Below are positions 20,517 to 32,532 of a stretch of DNA of 64,000 nt, piece after piece; within the stretch, counting starts at the first letter, position 1, and every line of letters begins with the position of its first letter. The stretch lies in NCBI GenBank assembly GCA_035636095.1, contig DASPZU010000069.1:9199-73198 (forward strand). Direction: 5' to 3'. Below the pieces are notes generated by a model. It ran no database searches. It saw nothing but the letters and a program-made list of their open reading frames with translations, and had not been told where the DNA came from. The position numbers were made by a program, and so were the translations under genes. This DNA is from Thermoanaerobaculia bacterium (GTDB taxonomy: Bacteria; Acidobacteriota; Thermoanaerobaculia; Gp7-AA8).

Positions 20517-21170
20517 TCAAGGCTCCGGTCCAAAGCTCTCCACGATCACTTCCGCGGTGTCCATCCCGTTCGCGCGCAAGGCCGACTGCACGCGCGCCAG
20601 GAAGCCATCGAATCCGGCCGTCATCTTCAGCGAGCCTTCGAGTGTTTTTCGATTGCGTCCGATGAGCATCTCGATCTTGCCGCTTTCGTGAACGATCGCG
20701 CCCGTGCGCGCGAGCGGATCGAAATCGCCCGCGTACAGAATGTGCCGCTGATCGGGCTCATACAGCACGGTGATCTTGCGGCGATCGCCGACGGCCAGCA
20801 TGTGCAGCACGATGCTCCGAATCGGCGCGATTCCGGTGTCCCCGGCCAGGAAAACCACCGGACGGCCATCGGCCTGCGGTAGGACGAAGTCGCCGTAGGG
20901 CCCGTCGATGGAGACATCCGCGCCGGGCTCGAGCCTCTTGAGAGCTTCGCCCCCCTTGCCTGCTCCGACGCGGACGCATAGCTGCACGGCTTCCGGTAGT
21001 TGCGGCGCCGACGCGATGGTGTACGCACGCGAAACCCCTTCCGGAAACCCGAAGTTCACCCATTGCCCGGGCTCGAAGTGGAAATCGCGATCGTTCAACG
21101 CCACCGTCAACTGAACGACCGAGGGGGCGAGCTCTTCGATCTCGGTGACGGTCGCGGTGTGCTCCGGCAT
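20517..21170 (-). CDS. ferredoxin-NADP reductase-like FAD/NAD(P)-binding oxidoreductase
   Basis: RAYTIAS...GKGGEAL...FLAGDTGIAP motifs. Confidence 0.7.
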   Translation of the reverse strand: MPEHTATVTEIEELAPSVVQLTVALNDRDFHFEPGQWVNFGFPEGVSRAYTIASAPQLPEAVQLCVRVGAGKGGEALKRLEPGADVSIDGPYGDFVLPQADGRPVVFLAGDTGIAPIRSIVLHMLAVGDRRKITVLYEPDQRHILYAGDFDPLARTGAIVHESGKIEMLIGRNRKTLEGSLKMTAGFDGFLARVQSALRANGMDTAEVIVESFGPEP

Positions 21171-21183
21171 GCAGCCGAAACGT

Positions 21184-21696
21184 TTACCACATCCCGGCCT
21201 TGGCGAGTTTCTGAATCTTCTTCACGATGCGGTCGCGCTTGAATCCGCGCAGGCGATCGACGAAGAGTTTGCCATCGAGATGATCGATCTCGTGGGAGAT
21301 GGCACGGGCCATCAGTCCCTCTCCCCACATGTCGCGCGGCTCGCCATTGCGGTCGAGAAAGCGAACGTGCACGCGTTCCGGCCGCACCAGCGTCTCGGTG
21401 AAATCGGGGACCGACAGGCAACCCTCGTCTTCCGTCAGCTTTCCTTCCAGGGCATCGATTTCGGGATTGACCAGAACGTGCAACTCCCCCGGACGTTTGC
21501 CGACGGAGAGATCGATGACAGCCAGGCGCTTGCTGACCCCGATCTGGTTCGCAGCGAGCCCGATCCCGGGCGCGGCGTGCATCGTCTCGACCATGGCGTC
21601 GATCAGCTTCTGCAGCGATGGATCGAATGATGTGACCGGATCCGTCCGGCGGCGCAGGACCTCGTCGCCGAATTTGCGAATCGGGAGGACCGACAA
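21184..21696 (-). CDS. def: peptide deformylase
   Basis: GIGLAANQIG, EGCLS and HEIDHLDG motifs. Confidence 0.93.
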   Translation of the reverse strand: MSVLPIRKFGDEVLRRRTDPVTSFDPSLQKLIDAMVETMHAAPGIGLAANQIGVSKRLAVIDLSVGKRPGELHVLVNPEIDALEGKLTEDEGCLSVPDFTETLVRPERVHVRFLDRNGEPRDMWGEGLMARAISHEIDHLDGKLFVDRLRGFKRDRIVKKIQKLAKAGMW

Positions 21697-22455
21697 TCAG
21701 CTTCCCCGTTTTTTGAGACTCTCGATCATGGCCTCGACGGTGTGCTTCGCGCGTTTCTTGTAAAACTCGTCGAGAACTTTCTGGATGCCGGGATACTTGC
21801 CGAGGGCGTTGTCGAGTTTCTCCTTATCGAGTCGCAGAAGCTCGGTGGGCTGCGAAGCCGTGATGGTCGCGGTGCGCGGCTTTCCAGTCAGGACGCTCAC
21901 TTCGCCGAAGAAATCGCCCTCGCCCAGCTTGGCGAGATAGACGCTGCCGCCCGTCTGGCCTGTGCCGCGCGTGTAAACCTTCACTTCACCGTGGGCGATG
22001 ATGTACATCGAGGAGCCGGACTCCCCCTCCGAGATGATGATGTCTCCTTCGCGATGCTGCTCCAGGTCCATCTCCTTGACCAGCGCGGCGCGTTCTTCGT
22101 CGCTCAACACCTCGAACAACGGACTTTGAGGCAAGTCGCGGCTGAACATCGGTTCGCCTTTGGCTGGCGCACCGCCAGGGGGCGCTGCCGTGCCCGACGA
22201 TTCGCGAACCTTCTCGGCCTTCTTGCGGACGGCGATCGCCTGCACGGTCAGGCCGTTGTCTTCATAGTACTTGGCGGTGTGCTCGTATTGCGCGGCCGCT
22301 TCTTCGAAGTCTCCGTGGCCGGCCAGCGCGTCGGCGTACTGCAATCGGATGCGCGGATTGCTGGGATATTTGTCGAGGTCGTCTTTCAGCAGAGGAATTG
22401 CCTTGGCGTAATCCTTCCGCGCGAGCAGATTTGCGCCACTAGTCTCTTCAGCCAT
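21697..22455 (-). CDS. TPR + cyclic-nucleotide-binding domain protein
   Basis: N-terminal TPR-like helices. C-terminal cNMP-binding fold (GDIIISEGESGSSMYIIAHGEVKV...FGEVSVL). Confidence 0.7.
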   Translation of the reverse strand: MAEETSGANLLARKDYAKAIPLLKDDLDKYPSNPRIRLQYADALAGHGDFEEAAAQYEHTAKYYEDNGLTVQAIAVRKKAEKVRESSGTAAPPGGAPAKGEPMFSRDLPQSPLFEVLSDEERAALVKEMDLEQHREGDIIISEGESGSSMYIIAHGEVKVYTRGTGQTGGSVYLAKLGEGDFFGEVSVLTGKPRTATITASQPTELLRLDKEKLDNALGKYPGIQKVLDEFYKKRAKHTVEAMIESLKKRGS

Positions 22456-22481
22456 GCGTCGTTATTGTATCGGACGGCGCG

Positions 22482-23180
22482 CTAGTACTTGATCCGCTGC
22501 AGTTCCTGCTTCGCGGACGCGGCGGCAGTCGAGTAGGGATATTTGCGGATACATTCCTCGAACGTCTTCCGCGCCATTCCCAGGTCGCTGATTTTCTCGT
22601 AGGTAACGCCGAGTTTGAGCATCGCGTCGGGGGCTTTGTTCTCGGTCGCGAACTCTTTGGTGACCCGTTCGTAGAAACGCATCGCTTTGTTGTAGTCGCC
22701 GGCAGCAAAGTAGGTTTCGCCGATCCAGAAAAGGGCGTTGTCGGCGAGCTGGCCGGTCGGGTCGCCGTCGAGCACCTGCTGGAACATCGCGCGCGATTCG
22801 GCATGCTTTCCCTGGCTGAACAGCATCAGCGCGCGGCGGTAAGTTTCGGCGACGTCGGCGACGTGGAGCGCCGGCGACCTCGCCGGCGCGGTCGTGGAAG
22901 TCGCCGCCGGGGTCGGCGGCGCTCCACCTTCCAACTTCGAGATGCGGGCATTGAGGACGTCGAGGCGGTCGAGCAGCTCGGTGAGCGACGTCTGAAGGTC
23001 GACGAGCTGTTTGTCGACCGTAGGAGAGGAAGCCGGCTGGGGCGGCGGGACGAGTGACGGCTCATCCGCTGGCTGCTTGGAGGAAGCGCATGACAAAGTC
23101 AGAAGGCAGAAGGCAGAAGGCAGAAGGAAGCGGAGCGCGGCTCTTACTGCTGCCTTCTGCTTTCTGCCTTCTGCCTTCAT
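22482..23180 (-). CDS. ybgF: Tol-Pal system YbgF/CpoB-like lipoprotein (coiled coil + TPR). Signal peptide encoded by a palindromic repeat
   Basis: ATG at 23180 overlaps bamD TGA (ATGA coupling). N-terminus MKAEGRKQKAAVRAALRFLLPSAFCLLTLSC (lipobox LTLSC). C-terminal TPR with GETYFAAGDYNKAMRFYE. Confidence 0.7.
   Translation of the reverse strand: MKAEGRKQKAAVRAALRFLLPSAFCLLTLSCASSKQPADEPSLVPPPQPASSPTVDKQLVDLQTSLTELLDRLDVLNARISKLEGGAPPTPAATSTTAPARSPALHVADVAETYRRALMLFSQGKHAESRAMFQQVLDGDPTGQLADNALFWIGETYFAAGDYNKAMRFYERVTKEFATENKAPDAMLKLGVTYEKISDLGMARKTFEECIRKYPYSTAAASAKQELQRIKY
23099..23178. repeat. heptamer-palindrome element family C copy 1: (CAGAAGG)x4 - centre - (CCTTCTG)x4, located inside the 5' coding region of the ybgF-like gene
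   Basis: Direct reading. Confidence 0.9.
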
Positions 23181-23965
23181 GCCGTCTTCATCTGATCGAG
23201 CCACCGTTTCGCCCGGTCGGCGTAGTTGCTCTTGGGAAACTCCGAGATCACGCGCTCGAAGTAGAGTCGCGCTTCCGCTTTTCTACCCAGTCCCGCCAGC
23301 GCCGTGCCCATGTCGTAGAAAACGGCATCGCGCTCGCGATAGTTCGGATAGGTGTCGATGATGTAATTCAATCGCTGGATCGCCGAGGGGTAGCTGCGCC
23401 GCTTCATGTAAAAGCGCGCGATGATGTGCTCATGTTTCGCGAGACGATCCAGCGCGTCCTGCAGCCGCTTATCCGCTTCGGGACGCAAGGCGCTGTTCGG
23501 GAAGGTGTGGATCATGTCGTTGAACTTCTCGACCGCTTCGCGAGTTTTCTGCTGATCGCGGTCGGGCTTTTCCATCTGTTTGTACGCCACCATCGCGATC
23601 TGCAGCATGGCGTAATCGGCGCGGTCGCTTCCGGGATAGCGATTGATGAAGTCGCGGTATTTGTACTGCGCTTCGACGAGATTCACCGGATCGCCCTGCG
23701 CGTAGTACGTGTCGGCAACCCGCAGAAGAGCGCGGCGTCCCAGCGGATCGTTGGGATGGTTTTCGTAGATGTAGCTGTAGTAGGTCCGCGCTCGCGGGTA
23801 CCGCTTTTTCCCGAATTGCTCCTCGCCGCGGTCGAAAAGCTGCTCTTTGCTGAGCTTCGTCAGCTCAGGATCGACGGCCGGCCGGATCGGACGTGGTCCG
23901 CCGTGACGGCAGGCTGCGAGCGACAGCGCGATCGCTGCCAGGAGAACGATTCCAGTTCGTTTCAA
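23177..23965 (-). CDS. bamD: outer membrane protein assembly factor BamD (YfiO) lipoprotein
   Basis: Lipobox LAAC. TPR-like repeats typical of BamD. Confidence 0.8.
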   Translation of the reverse strand: MKRTGIVLLAAIALSLAACRHGGPRPIRPAVDPELTKLSKEQLFDRGEEQFGKKRYPRARTYYSYIYENHPNDPLGRRALLRVADTYYAQGDPVNLVEAQYKYRDFINRYPGSDRADYAMLQIAMVAYKQMEKPDRDQQKTREAVEKFNDMIHTFPNSALRPEADKRLQDALDRLAKHEHIIARFYMKRRSYPSAIQRLNYIIDTYPNYRERDAVFYDMGTALAGLGRKAEARLYFERVISEFPKSNYADRAKRWLDQMKTA

Positions 23966-23970
23966 TTGAT

Positions 23971-24636
23971 TTACACCTTCAATGCTGTAACAGAGGCGCG
24001 GATCAACTCCATTGCCGCTGTTCGGTCCTGATGCCCGAAGATCGCCGATCCCGCCACCAAAATCGTGGCGCCGGCGGACACCACCCTGGGCGCCGTCTTG
24101 GCGTCAATGCCGCCGTCGACCTCGATCTCCACCGGAAGTCCGCGTTCGCGGATCATCTGAGCGATATGACGTATCTTGGGCACAACAGGTTCGATGAAGT
24201 GCTGTCCGCCGAATCCGGGATTGACGGTCATCACCAGAACGAAATCGCAGAACTCGATCGAGGTGCTCAGGGATTCCGCCGGGGTAGCGGGATTGATGGC
24301 GATCCCCGCCCTGGCCCCCCCGTCCCGGATCAACTGCAGCGCTCGCTGGAGGTGCGGCTCGGCCTCCTGGTGGATGGAGATCATGTCGGCGCCGGCGTCG
24401 ATAAACCGCTCGATGTAGAGCTGCGGCTGCTCGATCATCAGGTGGCAGTCGAAGGTTAGTTTGCTGACCGCGCGACACGCTTTCACGACCGCCGGTCCCA
24501 TGGTGATGTTCGGGACGAAATGTCCGTCCATGACATCGAGATGCAGCAGGTCGGCCGATTTCTCGACGCTCGCGATCTCCTCCGAGAGTTTCGCGAAATT
24601 TGCGGAGAGCAGTGATGGAGCGATTTTGATGTTCAC
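23971..24636 (-). CDS. rpe: ribulose-phosphate 3-epimerase
   Basis: SLLSANFAKL, HLDVMDGHFVPNIT, MTVNPGFGGQ motifs. Confidence 0.93.
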   Translation of the reverse strand: MNIKIAPSLLSANFAKLSEEIASVEKSADLLHLDVMDGHFVPNITMGPAVVKACRAVSKLTFDCHLMIEQPQLYIERFIDAGADMISIHQEAEPHLQRALQLIRDGGARAGIAINPATPAESLSTSIEFCDFVLVMTVNPGFGGQHFIEPVVPKIRHIAQMIRERGLPVEIEVDGGIDAKTAPRVVSAGATILVAGSAIFGHQDRTAAMELIRASVTALKV

Positions 24637-24638
24637 AT

Positions 24639-25390
24639 TTAACCCGGTGGCGGCTGTTCGACGATGGCAGTCTCTTCGTGTCGGCAGACGACGATGCTGA
24701 TCGGATCGCGCGCGCTTACCGGCGCGCCACGAAGCGGGAACTGCCGGATGATTATGCCATCGGCGATTCCCGGATAGGCCTCGAACTTGACGTTCGACAC
24801 GACCAGGCCGTGCGCCTCCAGATACGGCCGCACCTTGTCGAGTGGACGATCGATGATGTCGGGCATGATGAACGTCAGCGGCGGAGGCGTCGCACCGACC
24901 AGCAATGACACCGGCGTTTGCGCCGCTACCACCGTTCCTTTGGGCGGATCGGCGGCTAGAATTCCCTGCTCCGGCCCCTCGACATAGGACATGCTGCCGG
25001 GCTTCAGATTTTGCTGGCCGAGGCGCAACACGGCGGTCCCGGCGCGTTCACCCCTGAAATCGGGAACGCGCAGCACCAGCGGACCTGTGCTCAGCTCGAC
25101 CTGGATTGTCGTGCCGCGTTTGATCAGATTCGTCGCGCCCGGCGCGCGGTTCTGCCACACGATGTTGCCGGCTGCCACCTTGTCCGAATTGCGGCGGTGC
25201 TCGGTGTCGACCTGCAGGGTGACGCCGAGGTCCGAGCAGATCGCTTTCGCTTCATCGACGGATTTTCCGATCAGATTTGGCGTCGACACCGATTTGCCGC
25301 GGATGAAGAAGGTGAAGCAGACGTAGCTGCTCACACCGAAAAGAAGGACCGTGAGACAGGCGAAGAGTAAGTTTCCCAGGCAGCCGGACT

Positions 25391-25394
<4 letters not shown>
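24639..25394 (-). CDS. PASTA-domain membrane protein
   Basis: N-terminal TM, then three PASTA-like repeats. Confidence 0.7.
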
Positions 25395-27859
<2,465 letters not shown>

Positions 27860-27949
27860 CGTGCGCTACACTGATTTGTGACCGCGCTCAACTACATCGG
27901 CATACAAATTGTAGAAAATGCCGGTGGGTTGAACAATCATTCTGAACCA

Positions 27950-28924
27950 ATGAGTGCACCGGCTTCGACGGTCGTGGTGTCCGATCCGACGCTCAAACGC
28001 GCCGATTTGCACTGTCATAGCCGCTTTTCGATCTTCAAGTATTTCCGGCGGGCCAACACCCGAGACTGCTACAACGCCCCGGAAGACGTCTACAGGATCG
28101 CAAAAGAGCGAGGAATGAGCTATGTCACCCTCACCGATCACGACTCGATTGATGGCGCGCTGTACCTGTTGAACAAGCATCCCGATCTAAAGGATTTCTT
28201 CATCGGTGAAGAAGTCGAAACCTACTTCCCCGAGACCGGGCAGCGCATCCACGTGGGGGTGTGGGGTCTCAGCGAAGCGCAGCACCGGGAGATTCAGCGA
28301 TTGCGGCCCAACATCCGGGAGCTCATCCCTTACATGAAGTCGGAGCGGCTGCTGTTCGGCGTCAATCACCTCTTCCAAAACTACCGGATGAAAAACGTGG
28401 CGGGCCGCTATATCGCGGAGCTGCTCGACATGTTCGACGTTTTCGAAGTGCTCAACGGTGCCATGGCGTCGTTCCACAATCGGATGGTGCAGCAGCTCAT
28501 CGACACGGTGCAGCGAGAGCATGGCCGTCGCATTTCGATGGTCGGCGGCTCCGATGCCCACACCCTCAAACACGTCGCGAAAGTGCACACCGTTTCGAAG
28601 GGCGACACCGTCCCCGAATTTCTTGCCAGCGTCCGCGCCGGCGATTGCTTCGGCTGGGGCGAAGAGATGCGCTTCCGCGACCTGGTTGCCGACATCTACA
28701 TTCTGTTCCTCGCCTATCACGGCGAAACCGGCGCCGATCTCCGGTCGCGCGACTACACGCCCGCCGACAAGATGATCCAGCTCGCGACGCGCCTGGCGTC
28801 GATTCCGACCGCGATCTCAGGTCTGCCCGCCGCGATCACGTCGCTGAACTACCTCAAGCAGATCGTGATCACAAAAGGCATCTCGATGCGCTTCGATCGC
28901 CTGCGCGAAGAAATCCGCCGCTAG
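27950..28924 (+). CDS. PHP-domain metal-dependent phosphoesterase
   Basis: ADLHCHSRFS...LTDHD motifs. Start at 27950 (MSAP) or upstream 27878. Confidence 0.7.
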   Translation: MSAPASTVVVSDPTLKRADLHCHSRFSIFKYFRRANTRDCYNAPEDVYRIAKERGMSYVTLTDHDSIDGALYLLNKHPDLKDFFIGEEVETYFPETGQRIHVGVWGLSEAQHREIQRLRPNIRELIPYMKSERLLFGVNHLFQNYRMKNVAGRYIAELLDMFDVFEVLNGAMASFHNRMVQQLIDTVQREHGRRISMVGGSDAHTLKHVAKVHTVSKGDTVPEFLASVRAGDCFGWGEEMRFRDLVADIYILFLAYHGETGADLRSRDYTPADKMIQLATRLASIPTAISGLPAAITSLNYLKQIVITKGISMRFDRLREEIRR

Positions 28925-29022
28925 TAGGTGCCGCGCCTACAGTTTTCAGTTTTTTCCACCTATGGGAGAGACGTTCTACGACCTGCAGAACAAGGCGAAA
29001 ACTGTAGGCGCGGCACCTACTA
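28921..29022. repeat. long hairpin with perfect 26-bp arms (CTAGTAGGTGCCGCGCCTACAGTTTT ... AAAACTGTAGGCGCGGCACCTACTAG); likely bidirectional terminator
   Basis: Direct reading. Each arm contains the TAG stop of one of the convergent genes. Confidence 0.8.
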
Positions 29023-30849
29023 GAAATTGACGGCCAGGCCGCCGATGTACTTCCGGGTCGTTCCGTCGGGATCGACGGTGTCGAGCAGGAAGGGCGAATT
29101 CGCGGCCCGCACGACTTCGACGCCCAGAAGCACTTTGAGGTCCAAGGGCAGATGGAGGTCTTGCGCGACCCGCACGTTCACGCGCTGCGACCGGTACTCG
29201 GCGTTGGCGTTGGGCCTCGGCTCATGGAGTTGTCGGTACGAGACGGCGAGGGTCGTGCCGGATGGATGGTAAGTCGACTCGACATCGCCGGTGACGTAGA
29301 CCTTCTCGGATCCGCCGATTGCCGGCGTCGCCGCTCCGGCACTCGATGACATGTCGATCAGGAGATACCGGCCCAGCTCCTTGCGATAAGTCAGGCGCAA
29401 GTCGCGGCGGATGTCGCCGGTGTCGACGTAGAAACCATCCCAGAACTGCTGGAAGCCATCGGTGAACACAACGCGCAGAGGCGAGTCTGCGGCGCTGACC
29501 GTGGCGATTGCGGAAACGTGATTGCGCGCGTCATCGCTGGAAACAAATCCGAACGAGTACGCGTACCGCGGCAGCACGCGCGATTCATCGGTCCACACCA
29601 CGATGCTCGGCATCATGTTCTGCCGCTGCTGGTCGTAGACCTTGTACATGCCGGTGACGATGAAGGAGGTGTCCTTCGACAACTTGAATTGCGCTCCTGT
29701 TCGTGGGGCCCACTCCGTACCGTAGAGTCCCAGCCGGCTGGACACTCCGTAGCGGAGAATGAACGACGGCACGATCTCGAGGTTCGCGTTGGCGGTGAGG
29801 TCCGCCGTCCGGAAAGTCGCGTTGGCGGTGTTGTGCAGACTCTCCTGCGTCACGCGCAGTGCGACGCCGACTTCGTTGCGCCGCGTCTGCATCACGGTGG
29901 TGTTGCCGGCGATCTCGATCAGATCCGATCCTGGATTGCCGACGAACAGATTCTGCTGCGCCAGGTACCGCACTTCGACGCGCGCGTCGCCGTGCTCCCA
30001 TTCCAGATTGTGCGCGCGGATGTCGGCCTCATGCTGCGGGCCCGGTTCGCCATCTCTGTAGCGCCACCAGCTCTTCATCGACCCGACCCGATACGCTTCG
30101 GTCGCCGAGGAGCGCAGCTCCATCTGCATGGCGCTCGATTGCGCGATCGCACCGCCGAACGGTGTGTCGTCGGTCGGATCGTCGATGCGATGGATGTTTC
30201 CTTTGAATCCGAGCTGCCACGAGTCGCCCAGTCTGCTCTGAACACCGACCGCAGTCTGTGCGAAGCTGGGAGTCGACTGATCGGCGACCCCGGTCATCGA
30301 AACCATCTCGCCCTTCAGGCGCGGGATCTGATAATCGGCGGCCGCGCCAACCGAGAGGGGCTGCGCCATGGCCATGTCGAGCTCGCGAAGGATGTCGGGC
30401 GGAAGCGAGCCGCGAAGCTCCCAGATTTCCTGATTGGTACTCCTGCTGGCGCGCTTTTCGTTCTCGAGACGAATTGCGAGCTTCACATCTTTTCGCGTCG
30501 GAACGATCATCGCGACGGTCGGCGCGAAACCCTGCTTCACCGCGATGACGCGATAGACCGCCGCCGGAAGTGCAGGAAGCGAGAAGGTGCCGTTGTTGGC
30601 GCTGAAGGTCTGCATCGCTTCGAGCGTGTTGAGATTGAGCGCGATCACAAGCACGTGCTCGACGGGCCGTGCCGCCGTCGTGACGATGCCGATGATGTTG
30701 AGGGCGGTCGGGAGCGGCAGGGAGTCAGGGCGAGCAGTGCCCGCCATAGCGAGCGTGGCGCAGATGACGGTGGTGAAGTTTCGGCGCAAAGCTCCCCTTT
30801 CTATCCGCTCGGGCGAGTCTACGGATTGCTCGCACGCGAAGTCAAACAC
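29020..30849 (-). CDS. outer-membrane beta-barrel protein with carboxypeptidase-regulatory-like N-domain
   Basis: Signal-like RRNFTTVICATLAMAGTA. Prealbumin-like segment. C-terminal ...GGLAVNF. Confidence 0.6.
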   Translation of the reverse strand: MFDFACEQSVDSPERIERGALRRNFTTVICATLAMAGTARPDSLPLPTALNIIGIVTTAARPVEHVLVIALNLNTLEAMQTFSANNGTFSLPALPAAVYRVIAVKQGFAPTVAMIVPTRKDVKLAIRLENEKRASRSTNQEIWELRGSLPPDILRELDMAMAQPLSVGAAADYQIPRLKGEMVSMTGVADQSTPSFAQTAVGVQSRLGDSWQLGFKGNIHRIDDPTDDTPFGGAIAQSSAMQMELRSSATEAYRVGSMKSWWRYRDGEPGPQHEADIRAHNLEWEHGDARVEVRYLAQQNLFVGNPGSDLIEIAGNTTVMQTRRNEVGVALRVTQESLHNTANATFRTADLTANANLEIVPSFILRYGVSSRLGLYGTEWAPRTGAQFKLSKDTSFIVTGMYKVYDQQRQNMMPSIVVWTDESRVLPRYAYSFGFVSSDDARNHVSAIATVSAADSPLRVVFTDGFQQFWDGFYVDTGDIRRDLRLTYRKELGRYLLIDMSSSAGAATPAIGGSEKVYVTGDVESTYHPSGTTLAVSYRQLHEPRPNANAEYRSQRVNVRVAQDLHLPLDLKVLLGVEVVRAANSPFLLDTVDPDGTTRKYIGGLAVNF

Positions 30850-30910
30850 ACGCCTGCAAATTATTGTCCGCTTCCAAATTTAGCGGTGAACAATGAGCAA
30901 ACTCAACTAC

Positions 30911-30988
30911 TTGAAGGCAGAAGGCAGAAAGCAGAAGTCAGAAGGGCTAACCGTTCTACTTCTGCCTTCCGCCTTCTGCCTGCTGCTT
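30911..30988. repeat. heptamer-palindrome element family C copy 2: (GAAGGCA)n - GGGCTAACCG - (TGCCTTC)n, intergenic 3' of pyk
   Basis: Direct reading. Confidence 0.85.
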
Positions 30989-30989
30989 T

Positions 30990-32420
30990 TCAGATGCGAA
31001 CCCTGTGAACTCTGAGGAGATTGGTCTTGGCGCGCTGGTAGATCGGGGATCCCATGAGGATCACCAGCGGGTCGCCCGGGGCGACGATGTCGCGGCTCAG
31101 GAGGAAATCGTCGACGCGCTCGACGATTTGCTCGTGGTACTCGCCTACCTCGCGAAGGACGAACGGCTGCACGCCCCACAAAATGTTCATGCGCCGCGCA
31201 ACCCAGCTCGACGGCGTCAGCGCGATGATGGGCTGCATCGGACGGAACTTGGACATCAGTCGCGCCGCGAAGCCTGTCTGCGTGAAGACGACGATGTACT
31301 TCGCATCGAGCTGCTCGGCGGCGTAATTGGCAGCGCCCGCCAGCGCGTCGGTGAATTCATCGGCTTCGGAGACCTTCCGGAACGGCTCGCGTCTGACGCG
31401 AGCGACCAGCTCGCGATTCTGTTCCGCGGCCATGATGATGCGGGCCATCATCTGCACGGCTTCGGTCGGATAATTTCCCGACGCCGTTTCTGCCGACAGC
31501 ATCACGGCATCGGATCCGTCGAAGATCGCATTGGCGACGTCGGACGCTTCCGCGCGCGTCGGCCGCGAGCTGACCGTCATCGACTCCAGCATCTGGGTGG
31601 CCGTGATCGCGAATTTTCCCCAGCGGCTGGCGCTGGCAAGAATTTTTTTCTGCACGATCGGCACGTCTTCCGGCGGCAGCTCCACGCCCAGGTCGCCGCG
31701 CGCGACCATGACGCCGTCGGAGACCTCGAAAATCTCCTCGAGCTGCTCGATGGCCTGCGCCTTTTCGAGCTTGGCGATGACGTTGATCTCATCGCCGCCC
31801 AGCGCACGCAACAGCGCGCGAAGCTCCTCGATATCCGAGCGTCGCCGAATGAATGACGCCGCGATGTAGTCGAGTTGATGCTCGACTACGAACTTCACAT
31901 CTTCGCGGTCCTTTTCGGTGATCGCCGGGATCTTCAGGTCGGTGTCGGGAAAATTCATCCCCTTCCGCGACGAGATCGGGCCGCCGTGCAGCACCCGCGT
32001 CGTCACTCTCTTTTCGTCGATCGCGGTGACGACCAGCTCCACCAGTCCGTCGTTGATGAGAATGCGATGGCCAAGCTGCACTTCCTGCGGCAGGTGCGTG
32101 AATGGAGTCGACATCATCGTGGCATTTCCCTGCACCGGCTCCGTCGTGATCACGAAGGTCATGCCGTTTTGCAGTTGCACGACCCCATCGACTTCGCCGA
32201 TGCGCAGCTTCGGTCCCTGGATGTCGCCGACGATCGGAATGTACTTGCCATGCTCCGTGGCGGAATGGCGAATGATTTCGATCAGACGCACCCGCTCCTG
32301 CGGAGTACCGTGCGAGAAATTGAGGCGGAAGACGTCGACGCCGGACGTTAAAAGACGCTGGATCGTTTCTTCAGTGCTACAGGCGGGACCGAGGGTGGCG
32401 ATGATTTTGGTTCTTCTCAA
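30990..32420 (-). CDS. pyk: pyruvate kinase
   Basis: MRRTKIIATLGPA..FRLNFSHG...MVARGDLGVE. Confidence 0.95.
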   Translation of the reverse strand: MRRTKIIATLGPACSTEETIQRLLTSGVDVFRLNFSHGTPQERVRLIEIIRHSATEHGKYIPIVGDIQGPKLRIGEVDGVVQLQNGMTFVITTEPVQGNATMMSTPFTHLPQEVQLGHRILINDGLVELVVTAIDEKRVTTRVLHGGPISSRKGMNFPDTDLKIPAITEKDREDVKFVVEHQLDYIAASFIRRRSDIEELRALLRALGGDEINVIAKLEKAQAIEQLEEIFEVSDGVMVARGDLGVELPPEDVPIVQKKILASASRWGKFAITATQMLESMTVSSRPTRAEASDVANAIFDGSDAVMLSAETASGNYPTEAVQMMARIIMAAEQNRELVARVRREPFRKVSEADEFTDALAGAANYAAEQLDAKYIVVFTQTGFAARLMSKFRPMQPIIALTPSSWVARRMNILWGVQPFVLREVGEYHEQIVERVDDFLLSRDIVAPGDPLVILMGSPIYQRAKTNLLRVHRVRI

Positions 32421-32434
32421 TTTTTTCGCAGTTT

Positions 32435-32528
32435 ATCCTGAGCGAAGCGAAGGATCTCCGGTGCAACAGCTGCGCAGTTAGCCGCAGCGGCAGCTGCTCC
32501 ACCGGAGATCCTTCGCTTCGCTCAGGAT
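32435..32528. repeat. long hairpin with perfect 29-bp arms (ATCCTGAGCGAAGCGAAGGATCTCCGGTG ... inverse) and a nested palindromic loop
   Basis: Direct reading. Lies between pyk start and DAHP-synthase stop, in the pyk 5' leader. Confidence 0.8.
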
Positions 32529-32532
32529 GAAG

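Noticed and set aside
22803-24031. Plus-strand ORFs 22803-23057, 23011-23361 and 23054-24031 containing LLPSAFCLLPS-type peptides
   Set aside because: They are translations of the family-C heptamer palindrome and of the antisense of bamD and ybgF.
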